Part shown: one piece after another, positions 1 through 16,389 of the stretch | Position numbering within the stretch: the first letter of the stretch is position 1 | How the letters are laid out: each line of letters opens with the position of its first letter | Origin: the human T2T-CHM13v2.0 reference genome, Homo sapiens | Direction: 5' to 3' (one strand) | Assembly (NCBI RefSeq): GCF_009914755.1 | Contig: NC_060932.1 | Length of the DNA: 64,000 nt | Position numbers and translations under genes: made by a program | Notes under the pieces: generated by a model | What the model saw: the letters and a program-made list of their open reading frames with translations, nothing else | What the model was told of the DNA's origin: nothing | Database searches by the model: none

Positions 1-47
1 AACTGCACATTCTGTACATGTACCCCAGAACTTAAAGTATAAAAAAA
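1..47 (+). mobile_element. 3' terminus and poly(A) of an L1PA element (approx. L1PA6-8), continues beyond the window start
   Basis: ctgcacattctgtacatgtaccccagaacttaaagtataaaaaaa matches the L1PA 3' end. Confidence 0.85.
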
Positions 48-99
48 GGAAATATAAAATATTTGTCCATAAAAGTTTAAAAGCATTAGGGTAAAGCTT

Positions 100-1030
100 G
101 ATGTATGCTCATAAAGTTAATACACCTGTGTAACTTGAACCCAAGTAAAGAAATTGAACATTATCCAGAAGTACCCTCATGAGTCCCTGTAGTCACTGCA
201 GCCCCAAAGTTAGCCATTATCCTGATAATATATGCTAGCCTACCATTTTTGCAATTTATGTAAATAAATTCATATGTGATGTACTATTTTTGCCTGGTTT
301 CTTTAACTTCATATATTTGTGAGATTCATCACTATTGTGGAACACATTAGTAGTTTGTTTACTGCCATTATTGTGCACTATTCTATTAATTGACTTTGAG
401 TTGTTCCCAGTTTGTAACTGCCATTACAAATAGTTCTGCTATGAACATTGCTGTTGTACATGTCTTTCATAATAATAGGAATTGCTGAGGATTCTTTGGT
501 TATCATTAAGATACCTGAATTATAAGGGTGTCTAGATCAGAAACAAGACTGCAAGTAAAAACCATAATCCGAAAATATCACACACACACACATACACACA
601 CACACACACTCACTTTTATTGGGAATGAAATATAAGATTGGAATTACTTAGCATGCCTATTTTCAGCTCTAGTACAAACTACCAAACCATTTTCCAAAAT
701 CTTTGTTTCAACTTACATTCTGGCCAGTACTGTATTGAGTCTAATTGTTCCATATTCTTGACAAAACTTATTATTACTTGTCCTTTTCTTGAGTTATGTA
801 CTAGTATTACATGATGGCTTTATTTGTATCATTCTAACAGAAAAATGACTTTTTTTCATATCTCTAATGGCGTTAGAATATACTTATTTGTGATGGGCCT
901 TTTTAAGCTCATTTTTTGTCTATTGGGTTGTCTTTAGAATATTAATTTGTATGCACTCCTATATTCTGAATATGGGTCATTTGTTAGAAAAATAATTTGC
1001 AAATAGCTTTTACAAGTCCATAGCTCCTAA
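100..1030 (-). mobile_element. Old L1M (L1ME-like) 3' region, degraded
   Basis: Antisense L1M 3' motifs such as tttgtgagattcatc, tagttctgctatgaacatt, ggaattgctg and ttttccaaa...ttacattc. Boundaries are approximate. Confidence 0.55.
579..609 (+). repeat. (CA)n microsatellite
   Basis: Direct reading; one TA interruption. Confidence 0.95.
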
Positions 1031-1099
1031 ACTGCCATCATATTTCTCAACCATCGTTTTATATTTTTGATGCTCATGTTTTTAAATTTATTCAAAAAT

Positions 1100-2190
1100 T
1101 AGGTATTATCATCTATGTTCCAGTTTGATCACTCTTGTAGGTGATGGAAATAAAATAATGAATATGAGTTAAAAATTCATGTTCTTATGGAGCCTAGATA
1201 TTTATGAATAGGCATAGAAAAATTAATGAATACATATTACATTACGTGGTAATAAGTAGAAATAAGTGCTATGTAGAAAAATTTGCCAAGAGTCAGTAGA
1301 TTGAGGAGAAGACGTTGCAATTCTAAATAAGGTGTTCTGGAAAGTCTTCCCAGAGAAGGTGAAATGAGAGTAAAGGTTTGAGCGTGGTAAGGGAGTGAGC
1401 TATCCACATTCATGGAAACAGGGAGTTCCAAGAAGAGGGATCAGAAAGAACAAGCTTTCCCTGATGAAGAATTATGTATGATGTAACGGGTTGACTGGTG
1501 GCACTCAAATATATATGTCCACACCCTAAGCCCCAGAATCTATGATTCCAACCTTATTTCGAAAAAGGTTCTTTGTACCTATAACTAAGTAAAGGATCTT
1601 GAGATGAGATAATTCTGGACTATCCGGTGGGCCCTAAATCCAATGACAAATGTCTTTATAAGAGAGAGTAAGAGGGAGATTTGACACAGACACATAGGGG
1701 AATAGAAGGCCATGTGAAGACAAACACAGAGATTGGAGTGATGCAGCCACGAGCCGAGGAACAGCTGGAGCCACCAGGTGCTGGAAGAGGCAAGCAAGAA
1801 TTCTCCCTTTAAACCCTTGGAGGAGTGCCACCCTGCTGTCACTGTGATTTTGGACTTCTGGCCTTGAGAACTGTGACAGAATAAATTTCTCTGTTTTAAG
1901 CCACCAAGTTTGTGGTAATTTGTCATAGTAGCCCTAGGAAATGAATACATATGGGATGTTTGAATATACACAGAGCTGTGTGCCTGCCGGGGTGAGATGT
2001 AGGAGGAGGTAGTAGGAGATGAGGTCAGAAAGGTAGCAAGGAGCCAGGCAGATAGGTGGAGGCCAAGAAGCTGTCACATAGACTTTGGCTTTTATGGCAA
2101 GTGAGTTGGGAAGTCAGTTTGTTTGCATTTTGGAATACTCCTATACCATGAGGATTCAAGGAACATGACCTACTTCGTTTTTAGAATCAA
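1100..2190 (-). mobile_element. L2 relic interrupted by the MLT1 LTR at 1482-1949
   Basis: L2-like purine-rich text on both sides of the LTR (gttcttatggagcctaga, aagtgctatg, ggagatgaggtcagaaaggtagc, gactttggcttttat). Confidence 0.6.
1482..1949 (+). mobile_element. MaLR solo LTR, MLT1B/MLT1C-like
   Basis: TG...CA termini; gggccctaaatccaatgac, ggccatgtgaagac, gaactgtgacagaataaatttc, ttttaagccaccaagtttgtggtaatttg. 5-bp TSD tatga/tatgg. Confidence 0.9.
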
Positions 2191-2988
2191 ACCTGCCATC
2201 CGTCTTTGCTCCTTATTCATTGGCCTGTTTCCAGGCCCTGCAAGTCTACAAAAATCTGGTAAGGACTTGTCATCCACTTGTTCCTGCTCCATTTTTCTTA
2301 GTTTACCTCTGAATCTTTTGTTCTTAAGTTGCCATATCTGTGGCTTTAAAAGTCTGTCCTCACACTTACTTCCTTGTCCTGGCTAAAGTGTGAACCACCC
2401 TCTAACTCCATAGAGATAGTGAAGTGTTCCACTTCAACCTCAGAAGTTTTCTGAAGCATCTCTTATAAATTTCCATTTTAATATCATAGGTGAACTGAAT
2501 TGCAGTAGAATCTCTGAGCTTCAGTGCTATTTCACAGTCTAAAATAAGAACAACCTATTCTAATTTGAAATATAATACTACAACCATGGTTTCCCCACAG
2601 CAAGATGGTGCCATCTGGCACACTACTAGTGCAAGACACTGAGTTTTCATGCAACATGCATATCATTGGGATATATATAAGATTTCATCCAAAAGCTGAC
2701 ATTTTACTATGATTAGTTTGTCAACTTACTATAACTCATTAGAATTATAGAAAAATATTATGGCTTTGCAAAAATGCAAATAATATAAGAAGAAGAGTGT
2801 CATTCTAATAATTAGAATCAGTTATCCCACATCTAGACCTCACTGACATCTCCAGGGGTCCTGTGAAAAGATAAAGGCAATGAGGAAACCATTGTCTGCA
2901 AAATTAATATCACAGTCATTATCTAACAGGAAGATCATAAGTACAAGGTAAGCATAGGGTAATTTTTCTTTAGCTGTTTTTCTTTTTC

Positions 2989-5306
<2,318 letters not shown>

Positions 5307-5582
5307 TCACTTGCTAATATTTCCTTCCCCTGACTTATTCAGAGCCTGAGCTGCAGCCAGCTGGGAGTTGGTTGGCCTCAAACATTGTCTCTTCAGTGCT
5401 TGATTTTTCTTTGAAGTCCTGAAATAGGTGTCATTTAATGAAGTTCCTAATTTCATCTTGATTTATTTGTCTTCAAATATGAGTCTTGAAAAATGTCAAA
5501 GATTAAGGGAAAGATGTTAGGAAGAGAAAAACCACAACACAAAAATTTCTTGTAAGTAGTTCTATATAAATATATTATGTAT

Positions 5583-6009
<427 letters not shown>

Positions 6010-7964
6010 CTAGAATGCTGTGAGAATAGCCAGAGGTGAAAGCTGATATTTCTAGTTTGTGAAAGCTATTTTTTTCTGTACAACTCTCATCTAAAGATAT
6101 AGGACAGTCAGGAAAAATTGATAATTTTGTTAAAGTGGCAGATAAACAGCTTGTAAATCTGTAGGTTTTTTTCCATACACTCATATTTTTAAATAAACAG
6201 GATTAGAACATAAGAAAAGGTTATTGTAAAAGTTTAGTTGGTGCTGATATCCGGAAAACAGTAGATGTTATTAAGCTTCACGTGTTTAAATGTTCTAGTC
6301 AGCTATCAGAATGATACAGTAGCAAAACGTATTGGATTCATTTTAGAGGTTGCATCATCTACTGACCTCATATTTTCCTGCCCTCTTGTGAGTTTATTTA
6401 CTAGGTCATTGCCTGCACCCCCTGGATTTGTTGTAAGAGGCAAGTATAGAGAACATAATTCTAGAAAAGAGTACTAAATGAATTTATGGACAGATCAAAG
6501 CCAATATATATCCTTGTCTTTTAATATTTCAGTATATCCTGATCCTTCAATTTTGGCATTGTTTTTCTGCAACGTAAGAGTAATATATTGGCCCAAAATT
6601 TTATCAGGGAGAAGCCAATGTATTGCACATTAAACGTTCCTGAGGTGACCTGTTTTCTTTATTAAATTTTTTTATGAAAAGAGAAATAATCAAAACAAAG
6701 AATGAGTAAGCATTAGCATGTAACCACAAAATTGAGAAGATAATGGAATGAAAATATTTATCTTTTTGTATAAAAACTGTGTACATATTGTAAGTATAAT
6801 GTGTAATTAAAATGCCTGTAGAGTTATAAAAGAAGGCCTATTACATTGTAATAATTATTATTTTGTTTTAATACTAACTGTGGAATGAAAGGTAGTAAGA
6901 GGATTTTTATTGTAAAGTGGATAATAACCAAAAACCTTGGGGAGGTGGAAGAGAAAACCAAAGTAGATATAATGTGGGTCATTCCAGGAGAAAAGATGGA
7001 ACAGATTCCTTTTGTTTGTTTTTTTTTGTTTTTTCTCTTAGAACACCAGAGTTTTACTAAACAAACTTTGTTGGCACTCTCTTAGGTCTCAGGGTCTAAA
7101 CATGCTCTTTCCCCAAGAAGTTCACAGCTCCGTAATAACTCTCATTTGTATTAAACTTTAATGTCCTTGAGGATATTGCAGCCCATGTTTCTCCTTTCAT
7201 GGTCTCCAATTTAGCTAACAGATTTCTAGAGTTGAATAGAGTTAAATATTGTTCTGCTCAATTTATTGCCCACAGGATGACTTCCTCCAATTTCCAGAGG
7301 ACTTTTCTGATGATGATGAGATCCAAGTGATCTTTTAATTTTGGAGAGCCAGTGTTGGGCCTTTCTATCAAGTGCACAACAAAGTGACTGACATATAGTA
7401 GTCACTGATTAATTGCTCATTAAACAGATAGGTTGCTGGACGAGCCATTAGGCAGCTATAGTTGTTAATGTTTGTCTGTGTTCAGAATTACATATTGGAT
7501 TGACACTTCTCTCAGTTAATACCATCTATTTTTAGTTACATCTTTCTCATCTCATTTATTTTTAAAGGATTCCCAAGTGTTACACTTTCAATCATATCTG
7601 TCAGTAGGATTAAACTCAAGAAAGCAATTTCAGGAATTACAGTAGAGGAGGTAGAAAGGAAGCTTACTCAAAAAATTATTTCAAGGAAGAGCTGCTGACT
7701 TGAGCTAATTGTAACGTTTCATTGCCTCCATTATGAAAACAGAAAATATTATCCATTGTTCAATTAAGTAATGAATTGAAGCATTCACAATCCCCTAATT
7801 CTGAGACTTAGAGCATCTTTGCTTCCCTTCCCACATCTCACTTTCAATTTTGAAAGGGAGCACTGCTCCTGCTATCATCCCTCACTTGGAAAAAGACACT
7901 TTTTACAATGTTTGATAAGATATTTACACAATACTACTGATGCTATTAACAGCACCAACTAGAG

Positions 7965-8220
7965 ATAAAATTTATTGAGCACTTAGTATGTGTTGGACAC
8001 TGCTCTAAATCATGTTACATGTTTTTTTATGAGTTATCCCTCACAAATATACTATTGGTGAAGTAGGAATTATTATATATCCATTTTATTGATATTTTAC
8101 ATATGAAGAAACTAAAACACAGATCAGTTATGTTACTTGCCACGCTTGCTCATTAAATACATATCACACAATTATAATTTGATTCCAAGAAATAACACTT
8201 TAAAACCTATGCTCTACCCT
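7965..8220 (-). mobile_element. MIR
   Basis: tttattgagcacttagtatgtg...ttttacatatgaagaaactaaaacacaga matches the antisense MIR core. Confidence 0.7.
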
Positions 8221-8749
8221 ATATGGTACTCCTAATTCAGAGCACAAGAATAATTGAGATTTCATAATTGAGAATTAGGAGTAAAATTAATGTGGTCATT
8301 GATGTATTTTCTATGACAGTCCATGCACTCTTAGGAATTGTACATGTTTTATAATAACAATGACAATTTTCCAAATGCATTGTCTTTAATCCCTCACTTT
8401 TTTCAGCATGCATTATCTTCCTGATGGCTTCCCTATATGTACTATATACTCCAGATCTTAAGGTTTTAACTTCAACTTGACTCTTATTAATATTATCTTC
8501 TAAATTTGGAGTCTCAATTATTCTATTACTCTGAATTACCAGTATTGTGTAAGGTAAACACAGATTTTAAAGCTATATTTCCTGAAATAAAATTATAATT
8601 ATGTGATCATTAAATAGATATGTTGCTCATTATGTAATACTATCTATTTAATAAGTAAATGTGGCAAGTACCGTAATTTATCAGTGTTTCAGTTTACTCA
8701 TCTGTTATGGCAGCTCCAGCTGATTATAACAGAGGGTATTACAAGCTAT

Positions 8750-9970
8750 CTTCAGTCTCCTCAGTAGTCGTACCCTAGACTCATGCTCCTCTCCATAGAT
8801 AAACACATGTCACTTTAAGGATACAACAAATGTTATTGGGCATAAGTGGCTTTGACCTCTCCTTCCTTCTGCTATTTAATTAACTTTATCACCACTCATT
8901 TTTATCTCTGGTCTCATAGGAAGTGGCAACTTCCTTTCTCAACCAACACTAAGCTTTCATACTGTTTCCCTGGACTCATTCCCTTCCTCAAAAATCTCAG
9001 ATTTGTTAATTTGCCTCTCTTTTGAATCCTATTCAAAATCTCCCTCCTTGCCATCATTTTCTTTTCTGCCAATAGGCATATCAAATTACATAGGAAAAAA
9101 ACTTTCCCACTCTGTCACACATCAACAAGCATCTTGAAATTGCAAACTACCCTTTCCACTTCTTTGCCTCCCAGAAATCTTTTACCATATTGAGAAGTTT
9201 GCTTCTGACTTTACCATTTTATGGGAAATGCTTTTATTAAGATTGATGTTCTCGTGAAATTGCTCAACTAACTGGTTGTTTTTCAGTTTTTGTCTACCTG
9301 ACATCTCTGGTGGACTTGGCTATTGAGAAATCTGTTGTTAAAATTATTTTCTTTTGTATTCTTTGTCAACATACATATAATACTCATATTTTTGAATATT
9401 ATACTTATTTTTATTATATCACTAGCTTATATCATTAAGATTATATCACCAGCTTCTTCTCCTGGGTCTTCTTTTAACACAAAATATTTACTTGGTTTCA
9501 TCCTTGACCATCATCTCTTCTCACTCAAAGCAACCCCTTTGGGTATGTTTATCTATATCCATGATATCATCTATATTCATATGCTGATGATTCTCAATTT
9601 CTTTCTGAGAGAGAAATTCATCTATCTAACCTACTTTTGGTATCTGAACCTGGATATGCCAAAACACCTAAAATATTTACAATACCTTTATATATAACTT
9701 TTGTAAATATTATACAATTCCATCTTCCACATTAATAAGAAAAAACTTATCTACTACTGTGCTCGATGCACTATAGGAATGTATTCCCTGAAAGCTATTT
9801 TACTTACTCTACCTTTAGCAGCATCAGTTCCCCATTTTTCTGCCTTAGTATTATAATACCAACAGCTCCATATGGAACACCATGACAAACCATGCTTCTC
9901 TACCTTGCTCTTTTCTGGTAGATTTTTACTTATTCCTTTGAAGACTCTGTGTTACTTTTACCTGTTTCAT
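8750..9970 (+). mobile_element. L2 ORF2 relic; its 3' end resumes at about 11780-11930 after the MLT1 insertion
   Basis: Pyrimidine-rich L2 text; RT catalytic motif YADDSQ (tatgctgatgattctcaa) at 9580-9597. Confidence 0.65.
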
Positions 9971-9976
9971 AACACC

Positions 9977-10536
9977 TGTCTTAGTTATCTACTGCTGCCA
10001 TAACAAATCACTACAGACTTAATAGCTAAAGAACACAAATTTATCATCTAGCAGTTCTGTGGTTGGAAATCTAACTCGCCTCACTGGGCTAAAATCAAAG
10101 TGTTGGTGGCTGCATTTCTTTCTGAAGACCCTAAGGATGACCTGTTTTCTTACTCACTCAGGTTGTTGGTAGAATTCAATTCCATGCAATTGTGGAACTG
10201 AACTCTCTATTTCCTTGTTGGCTGTTGTCTTAGGGCTGCTTTTAGCTCACAGAGACCTCTCTCAGGTCCTAGAACATAGTCACTACATCTCAGAAACAGC
10301 AATGGAGCATCAAATGCTTCTCATAATGTCATTTCTCTCATTCAGGAAATATTTGCTTTTAAGGACTTATATGATTAGATGAGGCCTGCCCTCACAATCA
10401 GAAATATCTCCAGATCTCAAGGTCTTATCTTCAATAAAATTTTCAAGATGTCTTTTGCCTTGTGAAACAAAATATTCAAAGATTCTAGGGATTAGTGGAG
10501 GGTTATTATTAGGGAGATATCACTCTGCTCACTACA
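9977..10536 (-). mobile_element. MaLR LTR (MLT1E-like), the 3' LTR of a partial provirus
   Basis: tgtcttagtt...ctgccataacaaatcactac, gggctaaaatcaaagtgttgg, ggttgttggtagaattcaattcc; ends ctgctcactaca. Confidence 0.8.
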
Positions 10537-11770
10537 ATCTGTTCTCTGGCCCCCAAGTTTTAGCATCCATCCCAAATAGATTTTCCTCATCTCAAAGTCA
10601 CTCAAAGTCTCAACCTATTATATTATCAACCAAAAATTCAAAATCCCGTCTAAATTTCATCAGCCCAGAAGTCCCAGACTTTATTATGCATGTCATGTAA
10701 ATTAGGTATGGGTGAGGCTCTGGGTATATCCACTCTGGGCACAATTCTCTATCTGTGGATCTGTGAAACTAAGGAAACAAACTGTCTGTTCCCAAATGAT
10801 GGGACAAGCACAGGATAATATGTATAGACATCTCAGTTCTAAATTAAAGAAAATGGAAGATAAAAAAGGGCTACAGTCCCAACCAATTCCAAAAACCAGT
10901 TGTATAAACTCCATTGGGTTTCAAGGCCAGAAAATAATTTACTATGGCTTGTGACTCTGCCTTCTGGGGCAACTCCATCCTCTGAGCCATTCTTTTTTTT
11001 ATTATTATTATAAAACATAGTATGTGTTTTCAGCTAAATATTTATCTTTCTATTTCCTGCTTGTAGAATTTTTGGGGTCTTGAATAGCTATTCGTTTCAA
11101 ATTCTCTCTCTCTGTCTCTTTCTGCTCATGTAACATTTTCAAGAACTTCATGAGTTTCCTCTGTATATCACATGTATTATGTCAAATGGTCAAGACGCTA
11201 TTTCACAGATTTTCCCTAGATAATCCCCTCTTTATTTTTGGCTTTTGCTGAGATTATTCAGATGATGTCCTTAATCTTCCTAGATATCCTGTTATTTGAT
11301 TGAAGAGATCTATGAATCATGCCCTCAATCTGCTAAAAAATGGTTTGTGTTCCTGAATACTATGAGCTTCTAATCTTTATGGGGAACCAGCACAAGATTA
11401 TATAGCCATACTCTCAATCATTTCTCTAAGGCATACTTTCTGGATATCAAACCTCTTAAACTGAATTTTTTTCCTTCTGGATAGAAAATTTCCTAAATCA
11501 TTAAGCTCATCTTTACATTAGTTGAGTTAAACAATCATATTCTGGACTATGACTTCAAATTTGGGATATTTACAATTACTTCTCAAATTTAGATTATCTT
11601 AAAACTATCTTCAGTTGAAATATTTGCCTAATATTACAGCCAATAGGGTGATAAAAGTTTATATTTAAAAGTTATTCCCTCAATTTATCTTTCTTGTATC
11701 ATATTTATTTTAAGCAGTGGGAAGAAACCAGCTCACGTCTTTAATATTGTGCTTGGCATTTTCCTTAACT
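10537..11770 (-). mobile_element. MLT1 internal sequence (MLT1-int); no 5' LTR found
   Basis: PPT-like gggggccagagaacagat (reverse strand) abuts the LTR; MLT1-int motifs ctgtggatctgtgaaactaagg, ttccctcaatttatct, gaagaaaccag. Confidence 0.7.
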
Positions 11771-11779
11771 TTTGCACTT

Positions 11780-11935
11780 GTTATATTTCATTCATATTTT
11801 TATTTGCACATTTACCTCTCCCACTGAAGAATGATCTCTCTGTGAGCAGTTAATGCTCCTAGAAATCTTTGCATCCCAAGCACATATCACTGCTTATGAT
11901 TGCTTAATAAACACCTGTTAATTGAACAAATACAA
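11780..11935 (+). mobile_element. L2 3' end
   Basis: cctctcccactgaaga...ctttgcatcccaagcac...gcttaataaacacctgttaattgaac. Confidence 0.6.
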
Positions 11936-14269
11936 GTAATTTATCCAATAACCTCTTCTCCACTTCTATTCCCTTCTTGGCTATAATATTACAAAACTAT
12001 TTCAAGATGATCTAATTTGAGAGGTAATTATGAATGTCTCAAATTTGAAGTTACAGTCCAGTCTATAATTGCTTTACTCAGTTAATGGAAAAGTGTATGA
12101 AAATTGAAGTTGTTTTCCTTCAAAATGCTACATACTCATAAAAAAACCCTTTCAGATCAATATAATCATATTAGTGGTCTCCGTTACAGTAAGTCATGAA
12201 TTCCCAAGTAGAATTCTTCTCTTTTCTCTTAACATCATTTCCAAAAGGCTTTTAATATTTAGAAAAGAATAAGAAAAGTATGCAAATGAGTGCCCTTTCT
12301 CAGTAGAATTATTTTTATTCACTGTGAAATAAAACTTTATAATAATTCCCTGAGACCCTCTCTTTCTTTAAATGATGAATTTTATATTAAATATAGAATG
12401 AGGTCATCTTCTTAAGGGCAATTGAGCCATTTCCGATAATATAACCTCTCAAAAGCTGGTACTAAATATATTTACTAATATATATGGGACTGTTATATGT
12501 AAAACATAATCATTCAAAAACAGACCAACATTGATATTTGTTTACTTGAGTACCAAGGAACAAAATCATATAAACATGAAACTCTTCCAAAGTTCTTTAT
12601 GCTACTGAAATGCTGAATATCTGGACAGTTGAGCCATGTTACTCAAGAAAATGGATAGCTTGTGTGATGCATAAGATAGTTTAACACATACCTAACCAAG
12701 AGCATATGATGCCATCACATTTTGTTCATATTTAAAATTTTCCCTTCATTCGAACTTATGTGGTAAATAAAACTGTTAGTGATTGAGTTACAGAATATGG
12801 ACCTAATTTAAAATAAACTTTTTCTTTACCTTAAAATAGAATTGTAACTTGAGAAAATTGTTAAAATGAACTATCATAGAGGCTCTAAATTTAATAAGAC
12901 AATATTTTCAAGCACATTAACATTAATTTCATGTACATTCCATGATTATGTACATGATCATTTTAAGGATTGCTCAGATATATAAAATTCAAGTAATTTT
13001 TAATAAAAATAATTTTCGATTTTTTAACGAATGTATCTGAAAATAGCTTCACATGTTTAGTTTGTTCAATGTTAAATGTATTATATGTTACTTATATATT
13101 ATGATATTTACATTAATAAACTTAGTTAATGATGTTTGATGATTATACACACAGCAGCATTAAAATATATATGGTGGTGGTTATTAAAGTGGATGTAATA
13201 TAATCTGAATCCAGTAGAATGAAATGAAATAAAATGAAACTAACAAAGAAAAAAAATGTATGGAGGACAAAAGGATTTAACCTTTCCTTAGAATCAGTTA
13301 AATGTGAAGAATTAAAAAAGAATGTCTACATGAAAAAGGACGTCTTTCCTGCTGCTGAATATGTTTCTCAGTTCAGAGGGGGTGGCATTTCATCCTACAT
13401 CCTAGCTCTACCACAATCTGTTCCTGACAGGACCCTCCATCTGTTTAGCCTGAACAACCCTGCAGTTGCTTATGTGCTTATTCACAGATGTAAGTAGGAG
13501 GTTGACTACAGGTTTTTTGACTTATACTTGAATCCAAGCTAATGTGACACATTTGCAAGCATAGCTGCACATGTTCTGGTTTAATTGGGAAATCTCTCCT
13601 TTGACTTTCAGGATAGCACAGAAGCAGAGACTTTAAGTCTAAACAGACCTAGATTCAGAGCCGACCCGATGCTGCTTGAAGAAGGCTGGAGGTATGTTAA
13701 GGAGACAAGGGCTGTCAAGAAGCAGGGATGTCTCTGGAAAGGGTGAGCAGCTGACGTCCTTTGTAAGTTCTCTGGGCAGCATTGATGGGAGGTGAAAACC
13801 TTGGGAAGAGTCTTGGTTTAACGTGGACTCTAAATGGTACAAAGTAATTAGGGCCTCCTTTGTTTCCATAAACTATCATAGACACTCTTCTAAAATTTCT
13901 GTGTTATCCTAGCTGCTTTTCTATGATATTTTTGGACCCCTGACTTATTTACACAAATGGAATGATAGCTTTTGGTTGGAAATTTTAAATGTCTAAGGCA
14001 CAAATTAGACATGGGACTTCATTCACACTTCTCCTCTAGATCTTAATCAAGACACCCTACAAGCTATATTGGACATTGCACAACGTTTACAAGTGCAAAA
14101 TGTACGGAACATGTGTCAAGCATTTTTAAAATTTGCCATTGTGGAGCAGTGCTCCAGCATGATTTGTAATAGTGCATTCTGCCTTCCAAAATGTTTTGAC
14201 TACTGGTGGTAATTGCTTTACAAGTGAAAATTAGCCTCCTCCGTTCTCAGAATACTTGTAATCTGAGCA

Positions 14270-14606
14270 TATCACACCTCCACATTTTGCTTGTGATGCT
14301 CTCTCTGTACCTTTTATCTTCTTAGGCTATTGAAATAGTTCAGGTTTCAGCTCAACCGTCGTCTACTCCATGAAGCCCTCCTTGATCCTCTCATTCAATA
14401 CTGATTACTTAATGCCTTTGTATTCCCATAACAAATGCCTTTGTTTCCATCTGTTGATATTAGGCAGCACAATCTGAATTGAGTCATTGTTGTGTACTTG
14501 TTTATATTTTCTAGCGGATTGTGACATTTATATTTGGGTGACTCTGTTTCTTAGTAAAGGATCTTAAAGAAAGTATGCTCTCAATAAATGCTTATTCAGT
14601 TGAATT
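14270..14606 (+). mobile_element. L2 3' end
   Basis: tcagctcaaccgtcgtctactccatgaagccctccttga...gctctcaataaatgcttattcagttgaat. Confidence 0.6.
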
Positions 14607-14935
14607 TTGGGTATTAATAAAATGCAAATTCCAGTAGAGCCTTTGTATAATTATACCCAGATAGTTTGATTTTAAAAACTAGTAGAGCTCTTATAATTCT
14701 TATAATACTTTATATTTCCTTATCCCTTTATGGTTTGAAAATACTTATATAATAAATATGTATGTGCACATGTAAGAGTCCAGTAAAAAAATTCAAGCTG
14801 CTACAGCTAGAGTGGGTGAAAAGTGGGTGGTGCAATGTAACTTGGAAAAAAAAAACAAAAGTAAAAATCTTCTAAGAAATGGGAAAACATTATTTTTTAT
14901 GGAGTACTTGGAATATAAGTTGTTCTCTTCCTGAC

Positions 14936-14970
14936 AGAGAGAGAGAGAGGGTGAGAGAGAGAGAGAGAGA
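14936..14970 (+). repeat. (GA)n microsatellite
   Basis: Direct reading; one interruption. Confidence 0.9.
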
Positions 14971-15236
14971 AAGATAATTCACTTTACAATAACAAAGAGG
15001 AGACAGTATTCTCATTCCCACAAACCTTAGCAAGCCTTTCTGCTGAGTTTATATTAGAGGAGGCTCACATCTCAGAAGGTCCTGCATGTTTACAAGGATG
15101 TGAAGTAACAAGGAGCATCAGAAATAGAGCCCTTATTTCCAAATCATCTTCTGAGCAGTAAGCTCTATGGTTTCCTAAGATGTACTTCAGCATTTCCCCA
15201 AGGGAAAACAAGATGAAAAGGTAGGATTCCAGATGA

Positions 15237-15237
<1 letters not shown>

Positions 15238-15274
<37 letters not shown>
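15238..15274 (+). repeat. (AC)18 microsatellite
   Basis: Perfect run. Confidence 0.95.
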
Positions 15275-15275
<1 letters not shown>

Positions 15276-16389
15276 TGTTACTTCAATTTAGCAGCTCTTC
15301 CTATACTTAAGCACGTTGCTTTCCTTCTTAGAATGTATTTGAAGAAATGGTTCCTTCACCAAAAAAATACAATTTTGAAAATCACTGACCTAAGGACACT
15401 AAAAATAAAATTAACAAATTCTTAAGGAATTTTAAGTGTTATTACAGCTTTCTGGAAAGCCAAGAATAAGATACTAAAGATTTTCTTGCGAGAATGTTTA
15501 GGGAAAAAAAAAATCAAAAGACTAGAGATGCTAAGAAAGATGCAAAACAATGAGAAGCATGACTCCTAACTTCACAAGGAGCTACAAAAAGGCAAAGCAG
15601 GTCACTCAGCAGGGTGATCACTTGTTTAGTGGAACTCCAGATTTCTGGAAGAGCAAATGGCAGGAGAATTTACTGACCGCCTCTCTCCCTACACATATTT
15701 TACAGATTAAGTTTCATCCCACAGGGAGTTTAGTCACTGCAGCTTCAAGCTGCATCTGACTTTCTTCCAAGTCTAGAAATGAAGAGGTCATCCAGAAGAA
15801 GTGGAGCTTCAACCAGGAAGAATTAAGGTGAAGGCAGTTGAGGGAGTTTGGAAAGGTGTATGAGACCTACATCCAATGCAAGTATAATTTTTTAGAAACT
15901 TTGAGTTGTAATAGTGAAGAGTTTTACTTGAATAAATATGATCAGCAGAAAACTTAGACTCACACCATAGAGATGGAAGTTTTGGAATAAATACAGGTAA
16001 AGGAAAAAGCATAATGAAAGACAGACCTATAAGAATATTACACTAAAAGTTTGGTTTGTCTGAAGTATAAAATGTATTATTTTTAGTTATACCTTCCTTT
16101 TATTGGACAGTATCTAGGAAAAAGATAAGCATTGAATCTGTATTATGAAATTATAAGTTACATATAATGTTAGCACAAAGGCATTCCCTTAACCATTCCT
16201 GTCTGGGTTTACCTAAATATCTCATTGAAAAGAGAATAATTTTTGATATTAAAACAAGATTCAACAATATAGCAAGCACCGCACCAAGTATGAGGAACTC
16301 ATATTCCTTATCATTATTTTTAAAGCACTAAGGGATACGTGATAGTTTACAGAGAAATATACCTGCTGCTATATACTCAGTCTAAATCA

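Noticed and set aside
9323-9697. 124-aa hydrophobic ORF resembling a membrane protein
   Set aside because: AT-rich low-complexity frame lying over an L2 relic.
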